This document shows positions 36,525 to 45,342 of a DNA stretch of 50,789 bases, piece by piece (the stretch's first letter is position 1; each line of letters begins with the position of its first letter). The notes beneath the pieces are model-generated. The model did not search any database, was not told the DNA's origin, and was given only the letters and a program-made list of their open reading frames with translations. The stretch comes from an uncultured Oscillospiraceae bacterium (GTDB lineage Bacteria; Bacillota; Clostridia; Oscillospirales; Oscillospiraceae). The position numbers and the translations under genes were made by a program. The stretch covers positions 1 to 50,789 of the forward strand of contig CALWYM010000094.1 in the NCBI GenBank assembly GCA_944385775.1, given 5' to 3'.

Positions 36525-36634
36525 CTTTTGTCCACTTTCCTCAACTTTATTGATAAATTGATTATAACACTTCCCCATACTTTTGTCTAGCTTTTTACCC
36601 CCGTTAAAATAGACAAACTTTAGCTATAATGCAT

Positions 36635-36663
36635 AAATTCCTGCTCGAGTTGAGCAGGAATTT
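36635..36663 (-). terminator. Hairpin terminator between the membrane-protein gene and glgB
   Basis: AAATTCCTGCTC (36635-36646) pairs with GAGCAGGAATTT (36652-36663). The T-tract is modest on the minus strand. Confidence 0.55.
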
Positions 36664-36755
36664 TGACTAAAATATAAATAATTCTACCGGATTTTACATA
36701 TAATGAGGTCAGTAAAAGTTAGTGTCAAATCTTTGTAAATTAATATTTATACCAA

Positions 36756-37556
36756 TTATTCGTCACTGTTAACAAAAGTATCCGTATCCTGTTGTGCAGG
36801 TTGCTCTCTCAAAAAAGCTCTGAGATTTGTTGCCGATATGACAGCGCCCCCCGCAGAGGTAATCATTAACCATGTAGACTTAAAATCGGGCAGAGCGACC
36901 ATGAGAAAATAAACCGCCCATATCTGACTAAGCAAATTGACAAAGCCATTTGTTCTGCCAAAGGAATATCCAGCTGTACAGTAAAAGCTCACCGCAGCGA
37001 GACCAAAACCAAGGCACTGGTAACAGTATTTGCTAAGTACCGGCACCCCGGCATACTCCTTATAAATTACAGTCATAAGAAAGGCATAAAATATGGCAGG
37101 AGCAACAGACAAGAGTCTCTGCTCAATTCCCTTTCTCCCACGGCAGGCTGTAATGGCAAGGAGCATTGACCCTATACCTGCTGCAACGCCGAGAATGGCG
37201 GTGAAATTAACCGACCTTCCAAAAAGAACTGCCGTACCGTCCGTGACCATCAGGGACGCCACTGCCAGTTCAATTCCCGCGGCAGAGATTATAAACGTCT
37301 CAGTTTTTGTCAGCGGAAAGGCCTCATGGTATGTTTTCGGCTCATTCTTTTTGTAGCTTTGCCATATTTTATAGCTTGCTATAAGTGTTATAATTAAAAA
37401 AGCTGCGGTAAAAGCCGTAAGTACAGCCGTTATAACATCTCCCCGGAAAATAAGTCCCTTTTCATCGTATGAACGACTGTTTTGCAAATATTTAAGCCAT
37501 CCGCCCACCGCCCCCAGAAGCAATGCGCTGAGTGGAATTACATTTTCTTTTTTCAT
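36756..37556 (-). CDS. Hypothetical polytopic membrane protein
   Basis: About 7 hydrophobic segments and no recognisable motif. I place the start at ATG 37556 (MKKENVIPLS...). The ORF-track start is 37622. Confidence 0.6.
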   Translation of the reverse strand: MKKENVIPLSALLLGAVGGWLKYLQNSRSYDEKGLIFRGDVITAVLTAFTAAFLIITLIASYKIWQSYKKNEPKTYHEAFPLTKTETFIISAAGIELAVASLMVTDGTAVLFGRSVNFTAILGVAAGIGSMLLAITACRGRKGIEQRLLSVAPAIFYAFLMTVIYKEYAGVPVLSKYCYQCLGFGLAAVSFYCTAGYSFGRTNGFVNLLSQIWAVYFLMVALPDFKSTWLMITSAGGAVISATNLRAFLREQPAQQDTDTFVNSDE

Positions 37557-37650
37557 ATTTTTCTTCCGTTTCAAATAGAATTTATGTATAGGTATTTTAC
37601 ACCACCCGTAAGCCGGAGTCAATGCTGGCTAAAACAGAAGGAGTATTCTA

Positions 37651-38649
37651 ATGAAAAGTCAGATTATAATGGCTTTTATGGTTTGCCTAGCTTTTCTTAT
37701 CCTCATACCCATGGCAATAAGCATAAAAGACCCCATAACCCAGCCCGAGGTTTCGGATAATTCTCAAGACTATCAAAATTCCGGGGAAATGACAGACGCC
37801 GGTCTCACCATTCGTCTTTTGTCAAACGGCGAGGTGCAGAATCTTACGATGGAACAGTACCTTGTAGGCGCCGTAGGAGCCGAAATGCCCGCTGCCTTTG
37901 AACTGGAAGCTCTGAAAGCACAGGCCGTGGCGCTACGTACATATGTCATATACAAGCAGTCTTTTGAAAAGGACCGTCACAGTAACGCTGATATATGCTC
38001 AGACTCCTCCTGCTGTGCCGCCTGGAACAGTGAAGATACCCTCAGGGAAAAATGGGGCGATGATTATGACACGTACTATTCCAAGATACTCCAGGCGGTA
38101 AACGAAACTGACGGTTTATATCTGACGTACGGCGGTGAGCCGGCACTGGCGGTTTTCCACTCCTCATCTTCCGGAGCAACTGAGGACAGCAGTCAGGTTT
38201 GGGGTACGGCAATGCCTTACCTTATAAGCGTCAAGACGCCGGAAAACGAGGAAAATGTTCCCGGCTTTGTGTCCTCCGTCACCATGACAGAAAATGAGTT
38301 TATGGAGGTATTTAAAGAATCCTATCCGGAGGCTGACTTCTCCGCCGGGCTTCCAGACAGTATTGAGGGAATGATTTATGACCTTTCAGGAAGGCTTTCA
38401 AAAATCACTATCGGAGGAATTGAAATTTCCGGTACCACATTGCGCTCCATGTATAATCTGAGAAGCGCGACAATAACCATATCCTTCAGCGGTAACGATA
38501 TAGTCCTTACCACCTCTGGTTACGGTCATGGCGTGGGCATGAGCCAGTACGGAGCCAATGTAATGGCAAAAAGCGGCTCATCTTTCAGTGATATTCTTGC
38601 CCAGTACTACCCAGGTACAGTCCTTACGAAAGCCGAAATTCAGGATTAG
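37651..38649 (+). CDS. spoIID: Stage II sporulation protein D (lytic transglycosylase)
   Basis: SpoIID/LytB-domain motifs AVALRTY, FHSSSSGATEDS and GYGHGVGMSQYGA. It has a signal/anchor segment. RBS GAAGGAG. Confidence 0.92.
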   Translation: MKSQIIMAFMVCLAFLILIPMAISIKDPITQPEVSDNSQDYQNSGEMTDAGLTIRLLSNGEVQNLTMEQYLVGAVGAEMPAAFELEALKAQAVALRTYVIYKQSFEKDRHSNADICSDSSCCAAWNSEDTLREKWGDDYDTYYSKILQAVNETDGLYLTYGGEPALAVFHSSSSGATEDSSQVWGTAMPYLISVKTPENEENVPGFVSSVTMTENEFMEVFKESYPEADFSAGLPDSIEGMIYDLSGRLSKITIGGIEISGTTLRSMYNLRSATITISFSGNDIVLTTSGYGHGVGMSQYGANVMAKSGSSFSDILAQYYPGTVLTKAEIQD

Positions 38650-38665
38650 ACTTGATTTAAAAAAT

Positions 38666-38702
38666 AAAAAGCCTATCTTTTTAAGATAGGCTTTTTATTT
38701 TT
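38666..38702. terminator. Bidirectional terminator
   Basis: GCCTATCT (38671-38678) pairs with AGATAGGC (38684-38691), flanked by an A-run and a T-run. It lies between convergent genes. Confidence 0.8.
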
Positions 38703-40047
38703 ATCTTTTATTGTAGGTATCCATATCAAGCTTGCCCTCCATCTTGGAAACGGCAATGGCGGCAACGGAGTCGCCCACGCAGTTAAGACTTGTAACCAGC
38801 ATCTCAATAGGACGGTTTATGGCAAGTATCAAAGAATATGCCACAAGAGCGGCTTCACCCGTAAAACCAACTCCGGAGAGGATAGTGAAAAGTATTACAG
38901 CGCCCGCTCCTGGAGCCGCCGGAGTTCCGGCACTGGCAATAAGCGCAAGGACCATAATAAGAACAAGCTGGAAAATACTTACGTCATATCCGCCGCAGCC
39001 GGCAATAAAAAGCGTCGCGACGACCTGCATAATGGCTGTTCCGTCCATATTAATAGTCATTCCAAGGGGCAGAACAAAGGACGCGACCTGTTTGTCAACT
39101 CCCATTTCGTTGATTGTAGTATCTATGTTAAGGGGAAGCGTGGCCGCGCTGGAGGAGGTTGAAAAGCCGAATACCACTACCTTAAATATCTTTCTCATAA
39201 ACATGGCAGGGTTAAGCTTTGTAAGAACCATAAGTAGAACCGGGTACCCTACTATCAAATATACAAGCAGCAGCACTACGCAAACAACCACATAGGCTAT
39301 CGCCGGCTTTATATATGTAATTCCATAGGTTGCAAAAGTTCTTGAAAGCAGAAGGAAGATAGCAACAGGTCCAAACTTTCTCACCACAAAATTAAGGAAT
39401 ATAACAATTATGTCGTTAATTTCCTTGCAGAATTTATAAATTGAAACCTCGCCCTGGGTTCTTATAGCGTTAATGCCGAGCCCGGTAACAACGGCGAGGA
39501 AAACAACGGACAAAACGCTGTTATTGACGCTGAAAACCGCGCCTATGTTGGAAGGGACAATATCCAGAATAACACGGAGAGGATTTGAGCTTGTGCTGCC
39601 TGCAGCGCCCTCAATGCCCTCAATAACCGTATTAAAGAGACCGGCGTCATAGCAGATAAGACCAACCACAGCCGCAAGGATAAGTGCCAGCACGCTGGAA
39701 AGCAGGAAAACAAGAAGCGTTTTAACTGAAATTCTTCCCAAAGTGGAAGCTTCCTTGATTTCACTTATTGCCAAAACAATAGAGCAAAATACCATGGGAA
39801 CGATAATGACCTGAAGCGCTCTTATAAACAGCTGCCCGCCTATATAAAACAGTCCCAGGGCATTCTCCCCTCCGGCAGCCGTTATATCCTGAAACAGATA
39901 CCTGTTAATAGTCTGCCACGTTTGACTGTCTTCTCCAATGGATTCGCGAAACAGCATCAGCAGAATTCCCACAGCAATTCCCGCTATCATGGCAACGAGC
40001 ATTCGGACTGCCAGCTTGCTTGACTGGCTCATTTCCGTCTTCTTCAT
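38701..40047 (-). CDS. Dicarboxylate/amino acid:cation symporter (DAACS family)
   Basis: GFSTSSSAATLP signature and 448 aa of polytopic sequence. RBS AAAGGAG. Confidence 0.88.
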   Translation of the reverse strand: MKKTEMSQSSKLAVRMLVAMIAGIAVGILLMLFRESIGEDSQTWQTINRYLFQDITAAGGENALGLFYIGGQLFIRALQVIIVPMVFCSIVLAISEIKEASTLGRISVKTLLVFLLSSVLALILAAVVGLICYDAGLFNTVIEGIEGAAGSTSSNPLRVILDIVPSNIGAVFSVNNSVLSVVFLAVVTGLGINAIRTQGEVSIYKFCKEINDIIVIFLNFVVRKFGPVAIFLLLSRTFATYGITYIKPAIAYVVVCVVLLLVYLIVGYPVLLMVLTKLNPAMFMRKIFKVVVFGFSTSSSAATLPLNIDTTINEMGVDKQVASFVLPLGMTINMDGTAIMQVVATLFIAGCGGYDVSIFQLVLIMVLALIASAGTPAAPGAGAVILFTILSGVGFTGEAALVAYSLILAINRPIEMLVTSLNCVGDSVAAIAVSKMEGKLDMDTYNKR

Positions 40048-40099
40048 TAATTTCTTCTCCTTTTTGCCTTATTATCCGGGATATATCCGTAAAATGCCC

Positions 40100-40136
40100 A
40101 TAAAAGAACGGCACAGGAGTCCTGCCTGTGCCGTTC
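40100..40136 (-). terminator. Terminator after the COG0523 gene pair
   Basis: GAACGGCACAGG (40106-40117) pairs with CCTGTGCCGTTC (40125-40136). TTTTAT follows on the minus strand. Confidence 0.7.
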
Positions 40137-40261
40137 CCATCGGAAGTACCCTAGCTATATTAAGGTCATGCTTTCAAAAAAGCAACACTTTTTTTAATTT
40201 TCGCCAAACTTTTTAGTTTTTGACCATTACTCCCTATAATCAGAGCGAATTTTTAATGACT

Positions 40262-41230
40262 TTAATAGAAGGTGGCGACCTCCTGTTCGGGAGCAGTCGC
40301 CTCCGTAACAACAGTTGCCGTCAGCACCGGACCCACACCTCCGTAAATTAAATGGAACTGCTTATGGATTTTAGCCGTCACCGTAACCCAGCTGTCCTTA
40401 GGCATTTTTGAGACCTTGCTCTTATCCCAGTTACATACAAGACCTGCAAACTGAATATCCTCAACGCAGCAGGTCATCACGTGACGCCCAACAACAAATC
40501 CACCGGGGAGTGTCGCCCTTTTAAGGGCGCGTCCAAGAAATCTCACAGTCTTCCCCTCATACTTGTCCATGTCCTCAGAGAGGTCACGATACCAAACAGC
40601 ATAATCCGAAACACCTATATCTATAATAGGCGCCTCTATATCAAAGGGAAGCGGATCCTCAATATCGTCATACCGCACCTCGCCTGAGGGCGATTCATAT
40701 ATTATATCCGCCCTGCGGGTAGCTGCGCGCACAAGCTTGTGATATTCCATTTGGTCCATATCTGGCGAAAAACGGTTGAAAACCGCAAGCTCACAGCTTT
40801 GCAGCTTATCAAATGTAAGCTGTCGCATATTGGCGTTGTAATTCATTATGGTCCTGGCATCAGCAAAGAAAAATTCCTGATAGATAAGCCAGCCCTCCGG
40901 CATAGCACTGTACAGCCTGTCAAGAAGCCACATTCCGTTATACTCTATCATAACCTTTGTAGCTCCCGTCTCCTTTATATACCGGGACAGGTTTTCTTCC
41001 GTCAGCTCTTCTTCGCTGTCAATAGTCCGGCACTCCACATTGGGAAATGAGAATTTTGACGGATCGTACTCAACCTCACCCTCCTCGCATAAAATGAGAA
41101 GAGTTCTCTCGCCATCATTAAACCTTTCATCCTCCAGAGTCTCCTGAATAAAAGTGGTTTTGCCGCTCTCTAAAAATCCGGTAAACAGAAATACCGGAAT
41201 TTCCTTAGGGGCAGAATTTCCCTTAGCCAA
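40262..41230 (-). CDS. CobW-N-like P-loop protein lacking the CxCC motif, with a Cys-Cys-containing C-terminal domain
   Basis: Walker A GFLESGKTT and LLILCEEGEVEYD (equivalent to the COG0523 IENEFGE strand). The C-terminal part carries MTCCVEDIQF. The start is TTG, 10 nt after AAGGAG, with an 8-nt overlap with the upstream gene. Confidence 0.7.
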   Translation of the reverse strand: MAKGNSAPKEIPVFLFTGFLESGKTTFIQETLEDERFNDGERTLLILCEEGEVEYDPSKFSFPNVECRTIDSEEELTEENLSRYIKETGATKVMIEYNGMWLLDRLYSAMPEGWLIYQEFFFADARTIMNYNANMRQLTFDKLQSCELAVFNRFSPDMDQMEYHKLVRAATRRADIIYESPSGEVRYDDIEDPLPFDIEAPIIDIGVSDYAVWYRDLSEDMDKYEGKTVRFLGRALKRATLPGGFVVGRHVMTCCVEDIQFAGLVCNWDKSKVSKMPKDSWVTVTAKIHKQFHLIYGGVGPVLTATVVTEATAPEQEVATFY

Positions 41231-42314
41231 CCTTAAACAACTCCTTAAGCTCCTTTTCCTTTATCTTTGAGCCGATTACGCAAACCCTGCCAGTAACATC
41301 AGCAGGTCCTCTCCTTACATCTACCTCGCCGGGAGTATAGTCAAAATGTATCCACTCCCCGTCATCAGAGGCCGGTACTATTCCCTTTGAACGAAGCACC
41401 ATTCCGTAAACCTCCTCATTCTCAAGGGAAGAAAGAATGTCCTTTATCTCCTCCTCGGAGTATTTTCTGCCGCCCTCAGCTCCCCAGCTTTCAAAAATCT
41501 CGTCGGCATCGTGATCTCCGTCATGATGGTGATGGTGGTGATGATGGTGGTGCTCATGGTCATGGTCATGCTCGTGGTCATGGTCATCCTCGTGCTCATG
41601 CTCATGCTCATGCTCATGCTCATGCTCGTGCTCATGCTCGTGCTCATGCTCATGCTCGTGCTCATCCTCGTCCTCAAATACCATGTTCCTGATAAGTTCC
41701 TCAATAGAGGCTTTAAGGGAGCTTCTGCCCTCCACTGCCTCAAGTATAGTCTTACCGGAAAGCTCATCCCATGGTGTAGTAATTATAACAGCCTGAGGAT
41801 TTTTCTCTCTTATAAGCTCCACAGTCTCATTAAGCTTCCCCTCGCTGATAGCGCCTGTTCTGGAAAGGATAATGCAGGCAGCGTGTTCCACCTGGTTATT
41901 AAAGAACTCTCCGAAGTTCTTCATATACATTTTTGCCTTTGAGGCGTCTACGACTGTGGTAAAGCCGTTAAGCTTGACGTCATCGCTTTCCACGCCCTGA
42001 ACAGCCTTAATTACATCAGAGAGCTTTCCGACGCCTGAGGGTTCAATAAGTATTCTGTCCGGGTGAAAGCGGTCTATAACCTGAAGCAGCGCGTCGTGGA
42101 AATCGCCTACCAGCGAGCAGCATATGCAGCCGGAGCTCATTTCCGTTATCTCAATGCCTGCGTCCTTGAGGAATCCGCCGTCAACGGCAATCTCTCCGAA
42201 CTCATTTTCAATGAGCACAAGCTTTTCACCGTTGTAGCCGTCGCCTATCAGCTTCTTGATAAGCGTTGTTTTCCCTGCTCCTAAAAAGCCTGAGAAAATA
42301 TCAATTTTTGTCAT
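41223..42314 (-). CDS. COG0523 (CobW/YeiR/ZigA-type) G3E GTPase metallochaperone with a His-rich insert
   Basis: Walker A GFLGAGKTT, ENEFGE and metal motif GCICCS. The insert is EDEDE(HE)12DDHDHEHDHDHE(H)10DGDHD, followed by a CobW_C-like end. Confidence 0.88.
   Translation of the reverse strand: MTKIDIFSGFLGAGKTTLIKKLIGDGYNGEKLVLIENEFGEIAVDGGFLKDAGIEITEMSSGCICCSLVGDFHDALLQVIDRFHPDRILIEPSGVGKLSDVIKAVQGVESDDVKLNGFTTVVDASKAKMYMKNFGEFFNNQVEHAACIILSRTGAISEGKLNETVELIREKNPQAVIITTPWDELSGKTILEAVEGRSSLKASIEELIRNMVFEDEDEHEHEHEHEHEHEHEHEHEHEHEHEDDHDHEHDHDHEHHHHHHHHHHDGDHDADEIFESWGAEGGRKYSEEEIKDILSSLENEEVYGMVLRSKGIVPASDDGEWIHFDYTPGEVDVRRGPADVTGRVCVIGSKIKEKELKELFKVG
41589..41660 (-). repeat. Tandem hexanucleotide repeat, 12 x CTC[A/G]TG (coding (His-Glu)12)
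   Basis: Counted codon by codon on the plus strand: 12 consecutive CTCATG/CTCGTG units. An adjacent run of 10 His codons lies at 41523-41552. Confidence 0.95.
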
Positions 42315-42451
42315 TTATATCGAATCTCCTTTAGATATGGTTTCCAATAATGGTTAAATGCCTTTAAACCGGATAATATTATATACCTGCTTTTCAAAAA
42401 ATGCAACTTTATAAAAATACGGGAAAAGTAATCTCCGGGAAATTTATCTTC

Positions 42452-42478
42452 ACATTACAGTTCAGAGCGCATAGACTA
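42452..42478 (+). promoter_or_regulatory. Mother-cell sigma-K/E-type promoter candidate
   Basis: AC (42452-42453), a 16-nt spacer, then CATAGACTA (42470-42478). This fits the recalled sigma-K consensus AC-N16/17-CATANNNTA. It lies about 60 nt upstream of the GTG start. Confidence 0.25.
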
Positions 42479-42536
42479 TTAATGAAGCCGGAAATCAGCA
42501 TAGAGATATGATAACCCAATTTAAGGAGGAATAAAA

Positions 42537-43361
42537 GTGCCAGAAAGAGTATCACCCGGTCCGGTAGGCTCAAACGCCTGCGTTAAGGAGGCAGTTTGCA
42601 TACATACAGAAAAAATCTTCGACTCCTGCAAGGACAAAGACTGTCTGGAAGATCTTCGAGTTTTCCTCACATCAAGCTCTCAAACGGCTGTGGACAGCGC
42701 GCTGAGCATCAGGGCCAGGTCTGCCGACCTGCTTTACGTTGCCACCCAGGTAGAGCCGGTAAAATTTAACCGCGGCTTTTACACTGTGGATATGCGTTTC
42801 TTCTACAGGATAAGAGGCGAAGTCAGCACCCTTTCAAACCCGTCTGTACCCATATCGGGTCTGGCAGTATTTGATAAGCGGGTAATGCTGTACGGAAGTG
42901 AGGGTAACGCCAAGGTATTCCGCTCAGGAGGCGGTCTTGCTTCCCTTACAAGCGCAACATTAGCCAGCGCCAACCTTCCCACCGCAATAGTGGAAGCTGT
43001 CGACCCCATTATCCTGGACATTAAGATAGCAGAGCCCTGCTCCGCTCCATGCTGTGAGTGTGACGTCGCTGAAGTGCCGGAATCAATTTCCGCGCTGTTT
43101 GATTCGCCCCTTGCCATGGATCTTTCATCCCGGAGAGTATATGTAACCCTGGGACAGTTCTCCATTGTAAGGCTGGAGCGCGACTGCCAGCTTCTTATTC
43201 CGGTCTACGACTACTGCGTGCCGGATAAGGAATGTGTCGGCGCATCAAGCGATGACCCATGCACCCTTTTCTCAAGGATAGATTTTCCCGTGGAGGAATT
43301 TTTCCCACCGGACTCTGTTTCAGCCCTGGACGGCTACAGAGAGACCGTTGGAAACAGCTGA
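42537..43361 (+). CDS. Hypothetical Cys-containing protein (possible spore-associated)
   Basis: Strong RBS AAGGAGGA 8 nt before GTG. The N-terminus is ...ACVKEAVCIHTEKIFDSCKDKDCLEDLRV.... I could not assign a family. Confidence 0.6.
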   Translation: MPERVSPGPVGSNACVKEAVCIHTEKIFDSCKDKDCLEDLRVFLTSSSQTAVDSALSIRARSADLLYVATQVEPVKFNRGFYTVDMRFFYRIRGEVSTLSNPSVPISGLAVFDKRVMLYGSEGNAKVFRSGGGLASLTSATLASANLPTAIVEAVDPIILDIKIAEPCSAPCCECDVAEVPESISALFDSPLAMDLSSRRVYVTLGQFSIVRLERDCQLLIPVYDYCVPDKECVGASSDDPCTLFSRIDFPVEEFFPPDSVSALDGYRETVGNS

Positions 43362-43378
43362 TTTCCACAAAGCAAATT

Positions 43379-43418
43379 CCCCGTATGAGACATTTTATCT
43401 CATACGGGGTCATTTTTT
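43379..43418. terminator. Bidirectional terminator
   Basis: CCCCGTATGAGA (43379-43390) pairs with TCTCATACGGGG (43398-43409), followed by TCATTTTTT. Confidence 0.85.
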
Positions 43419-43419
43419 A

Positions 43420-44595
43420 TTACGAGAAGTTTACTTTTCCGCTGCTTTTTGAAATAATTCCAATATAGGTCTTTCCTCTTCCGAAGGAAACCTCACTTCC
43501 GTCCTCCATAGTGTAGACAAACTGGGAGCTTGCGCTGTCTCTGCTCCAGGTAATGGGCACGTACTTTCCGTCTCGGACAAAATATCCCTCACCGCTTCCG
43601 GTAAGCGTAATACTAAGCCGTCCTGCCGAATCCACCGTCTTAACAGATGTTTTTATGATAACTATATTCCTTACACTCACTGCGGAGCCGTCAGAGCTGT
43701 CCGTCATGGTACTTCCATACTGATTAAGGGTATAAAGCCCTGTCTCGGCATCATAGTACATGGCTGTATTTTTCCCAGAAGAGAAGGTGACCACAATATT
43801 TTCACCGGTCTCTCCGCTGCTCATCTTCTCATCTGTAAACACCATGTTGCAGGAATAATCCTCATCATGGGTTGTACGGAATTTATTTTTTGATACATAA
43901 TCTTCCACAAGAGATGTATCCAGCATAAGGCTGTGTTCAAGACCCATATTCTTCTCGCGCCACTTGTCCCTGTAAAACGTCTCTCCGGAACCGTTGACAC
44001 CGTCGATATGGGCAATGCCGCTGGATTTTATTCTGCCGTAGGCGTCATCGCTTCCTCCCGCATGAATATATATGGCGTCATGTCCCAGCGCCAGGTCAAC
44101 AAAATAAGGTCTCGCGCTTCGCACACTGCCAAGCACATCGGCGGCAGTCAAGTCCTGAAGCACCACCATAAACCTTGTAATTCCTCCCTCTGCCAGCGTT
44201 TCATATATAATATCGGCTTTTCCGATACCCTCCTGGGGAGTTGCCACCTTAAGGTTATTTAACATAACGGCATATGGCCTGTTACCTGAAATATCTTCTC
44301 TGACAGCAAGCCCTGTCAGAGGGTTTATCGGTCCGTTATAATCCTCGGGTTCCTGGTTAGTTTCAGTTTCCCCGTCCTTGTCAAGCTTTTTTCCGGACTG
44401 AGGCTCATATTCCTGATCCCTCACTGTCTTTACAATGGACAGCCCCTTACCCTCGCTTTTTACACCAATACCTGACAGTGTTTTTGTGAGGATAATTCCC
44501 GCCGTTATAGCTATAATAACCGCGGCTGCTATAACGGATATGAGAATGATTTTCTTTTTGCCTGTATCAGTTTTTTTTACGTGTTTTCCAGACAT
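43420..44595 (-). CDS. DUF3048 (YerB-like) membrane-anchored/lipoprotein-like protein
   Basis: N-terminal TM segment, then PYAVMLNN...GIGKADIIYETLAEGGITRFMVVL, which is typical of DUF3048 as I recall it. Confidence 0.75.
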   Translation of the reverse strand: MSGKHVKKTDTGKKKIILISVIAAAVIIAITAGIILTKTLSGIGVKSEGKGLSIVKTVRDQEYEPQSGKKLDKDGETETNQEPEDYNGPINPLTGLAVREDISGNRPYAVMLNNLKVATPQEGIGKADIIYETLAEGGITRFMVVLQDLTAADVLGSVRSARPYFVDLALGHDAIYIHAGGSDDAYGRIKSSGIAHIDGVNGSGETFYRDKWREKNMGLEHSLMLDTSLVEDYVSKNKFRTTHDEDYSCNMVFTDEKMSSGETGENIVVTFSSGKNTAMYYDAETGLYTLNQYGSTMTDSSDGSAVSVRNIVIIKTSVKTVDSAGRLSITLTGSGEGYFVRDGKYVPITWSRDSASSQFVYTMEDGSEVSFGRGKTYIGIISKSSGKVNFS

Positions 44596-44767
44596 TGTAA
44601 CTCTCTCCTTAGAGTAATTTGCACCTGCTTATTTTATATGTATTAATGAAATTTGTCAAACCAAATAGTACTTTGTCACTATTTTTTACTTTTTATCAGA
44701 AAAGCTTGTTAAAACAGCATTTTGGGATTATAATATCATAAGAACTAAGGTGCGGAGGTAGTAACAA

Positions 44768-45298
44768 ATGGAGCAGCGTCTGGGATTTATCAGAGACAGC
44801 ATGGATTTAAAGGTCCTTATCTTATACATACTGAGAAAAATACCAAAGCCCATTAATTACGACGCTCTGCTTGACGTAACGCTTCACTGTGACCAGGGCA
44901 TAGGCTATTTTGAACTGTCTCAGTGCATTGCGGAGCTTGTCTCCACAGAACATATCGCCTTTTCCGACGGGCTTTACAGCATAACAGAAAAGGGAATCGC
45001 CAACGGTGAGGTTACTCAATCCGGGCTTCCATATTCAGTTCGGCTCCGTGCTGACAAGGCGGCGGAGGAGCTTTCCAAGTATATGGAAAGGGACTCCATG
45101 ATTGTTACCGAGCATGAACTTCGTCAAAACGGAGGCTTTACAGTAAAGCTATCCATGTCTGACGGCATTGGAAAGGTCATATCTATGGAGCTTTTGATTG
45201 GCGACGATAAGCAGGCTAAGCTTATGGAAAAAAACTTTCGCAAAAATGCCGAAGATGTTTACAGTAAGCTTGTGAATATACTTCTTGAAGAAGAATAA
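44768..45298 (+). CDS. DUF4364-like winged-helix protein
   Basis: N-terminal MDLKVLILYILRKIPKPINYDALLDV resembles DUF4364. Length 176 aa. RBS GGAGGT. Confidence 0.6.
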   Translation: MEQRLGFIRDSMDLKVLILYILRKIPKPINYDALLDVTLHCDQGIGYFELSQCIAELVSTEHIAFSDGLYSITEKGIANGEVTQSGLPYSVRLRADKAAEELSKYMERDSMIVTEHELRQNGGFTVKLSMSDGIGKVISMELLIGDDKQAKLMEKNFRKNAEDVYSKLVNILLEEE

Positions 45299-45303
45299 AT
45301 AAA

Positions 45304-45329
45304 CCCCCTGACGCAAATACGTCAGGGGG
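45304..45329. terminator. Hairpin terminator between convergent genes
   Basis: CCCCCTGACG (45304-45313) pairs with CGTCAGGGGG (45320-45329). The flanking T/A tracts are short. Confidence 0.65.
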
Positions 45330-45342
45330 TTCAGTTTATAAA

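Noticed and set aside
41387-41942. Three overlapping ORFs (101, 107 and 143 aa) with repetitive Met/Ser/Thr or Ala/His/Arg sequences.
   Set aside because: They are alternative-frame and antisense read-through of the His-Glu hexanucleotide repeat in the COG0523 gene. This is an artefact of the repeat being stop-free in several frames.
42315-42536. A search for a Zur box, or other metal-regulator palindrome, upstream of the COG0523 pair. CCAATAATGG at about 42343-42352 caught my eye.
   Set aside because: It is only an imperfect 10-mer with two mismatches to its own complement, and it does not resemble the Firmicute Zur consensus (TCGTAAT.ATTACGA) that I recall.
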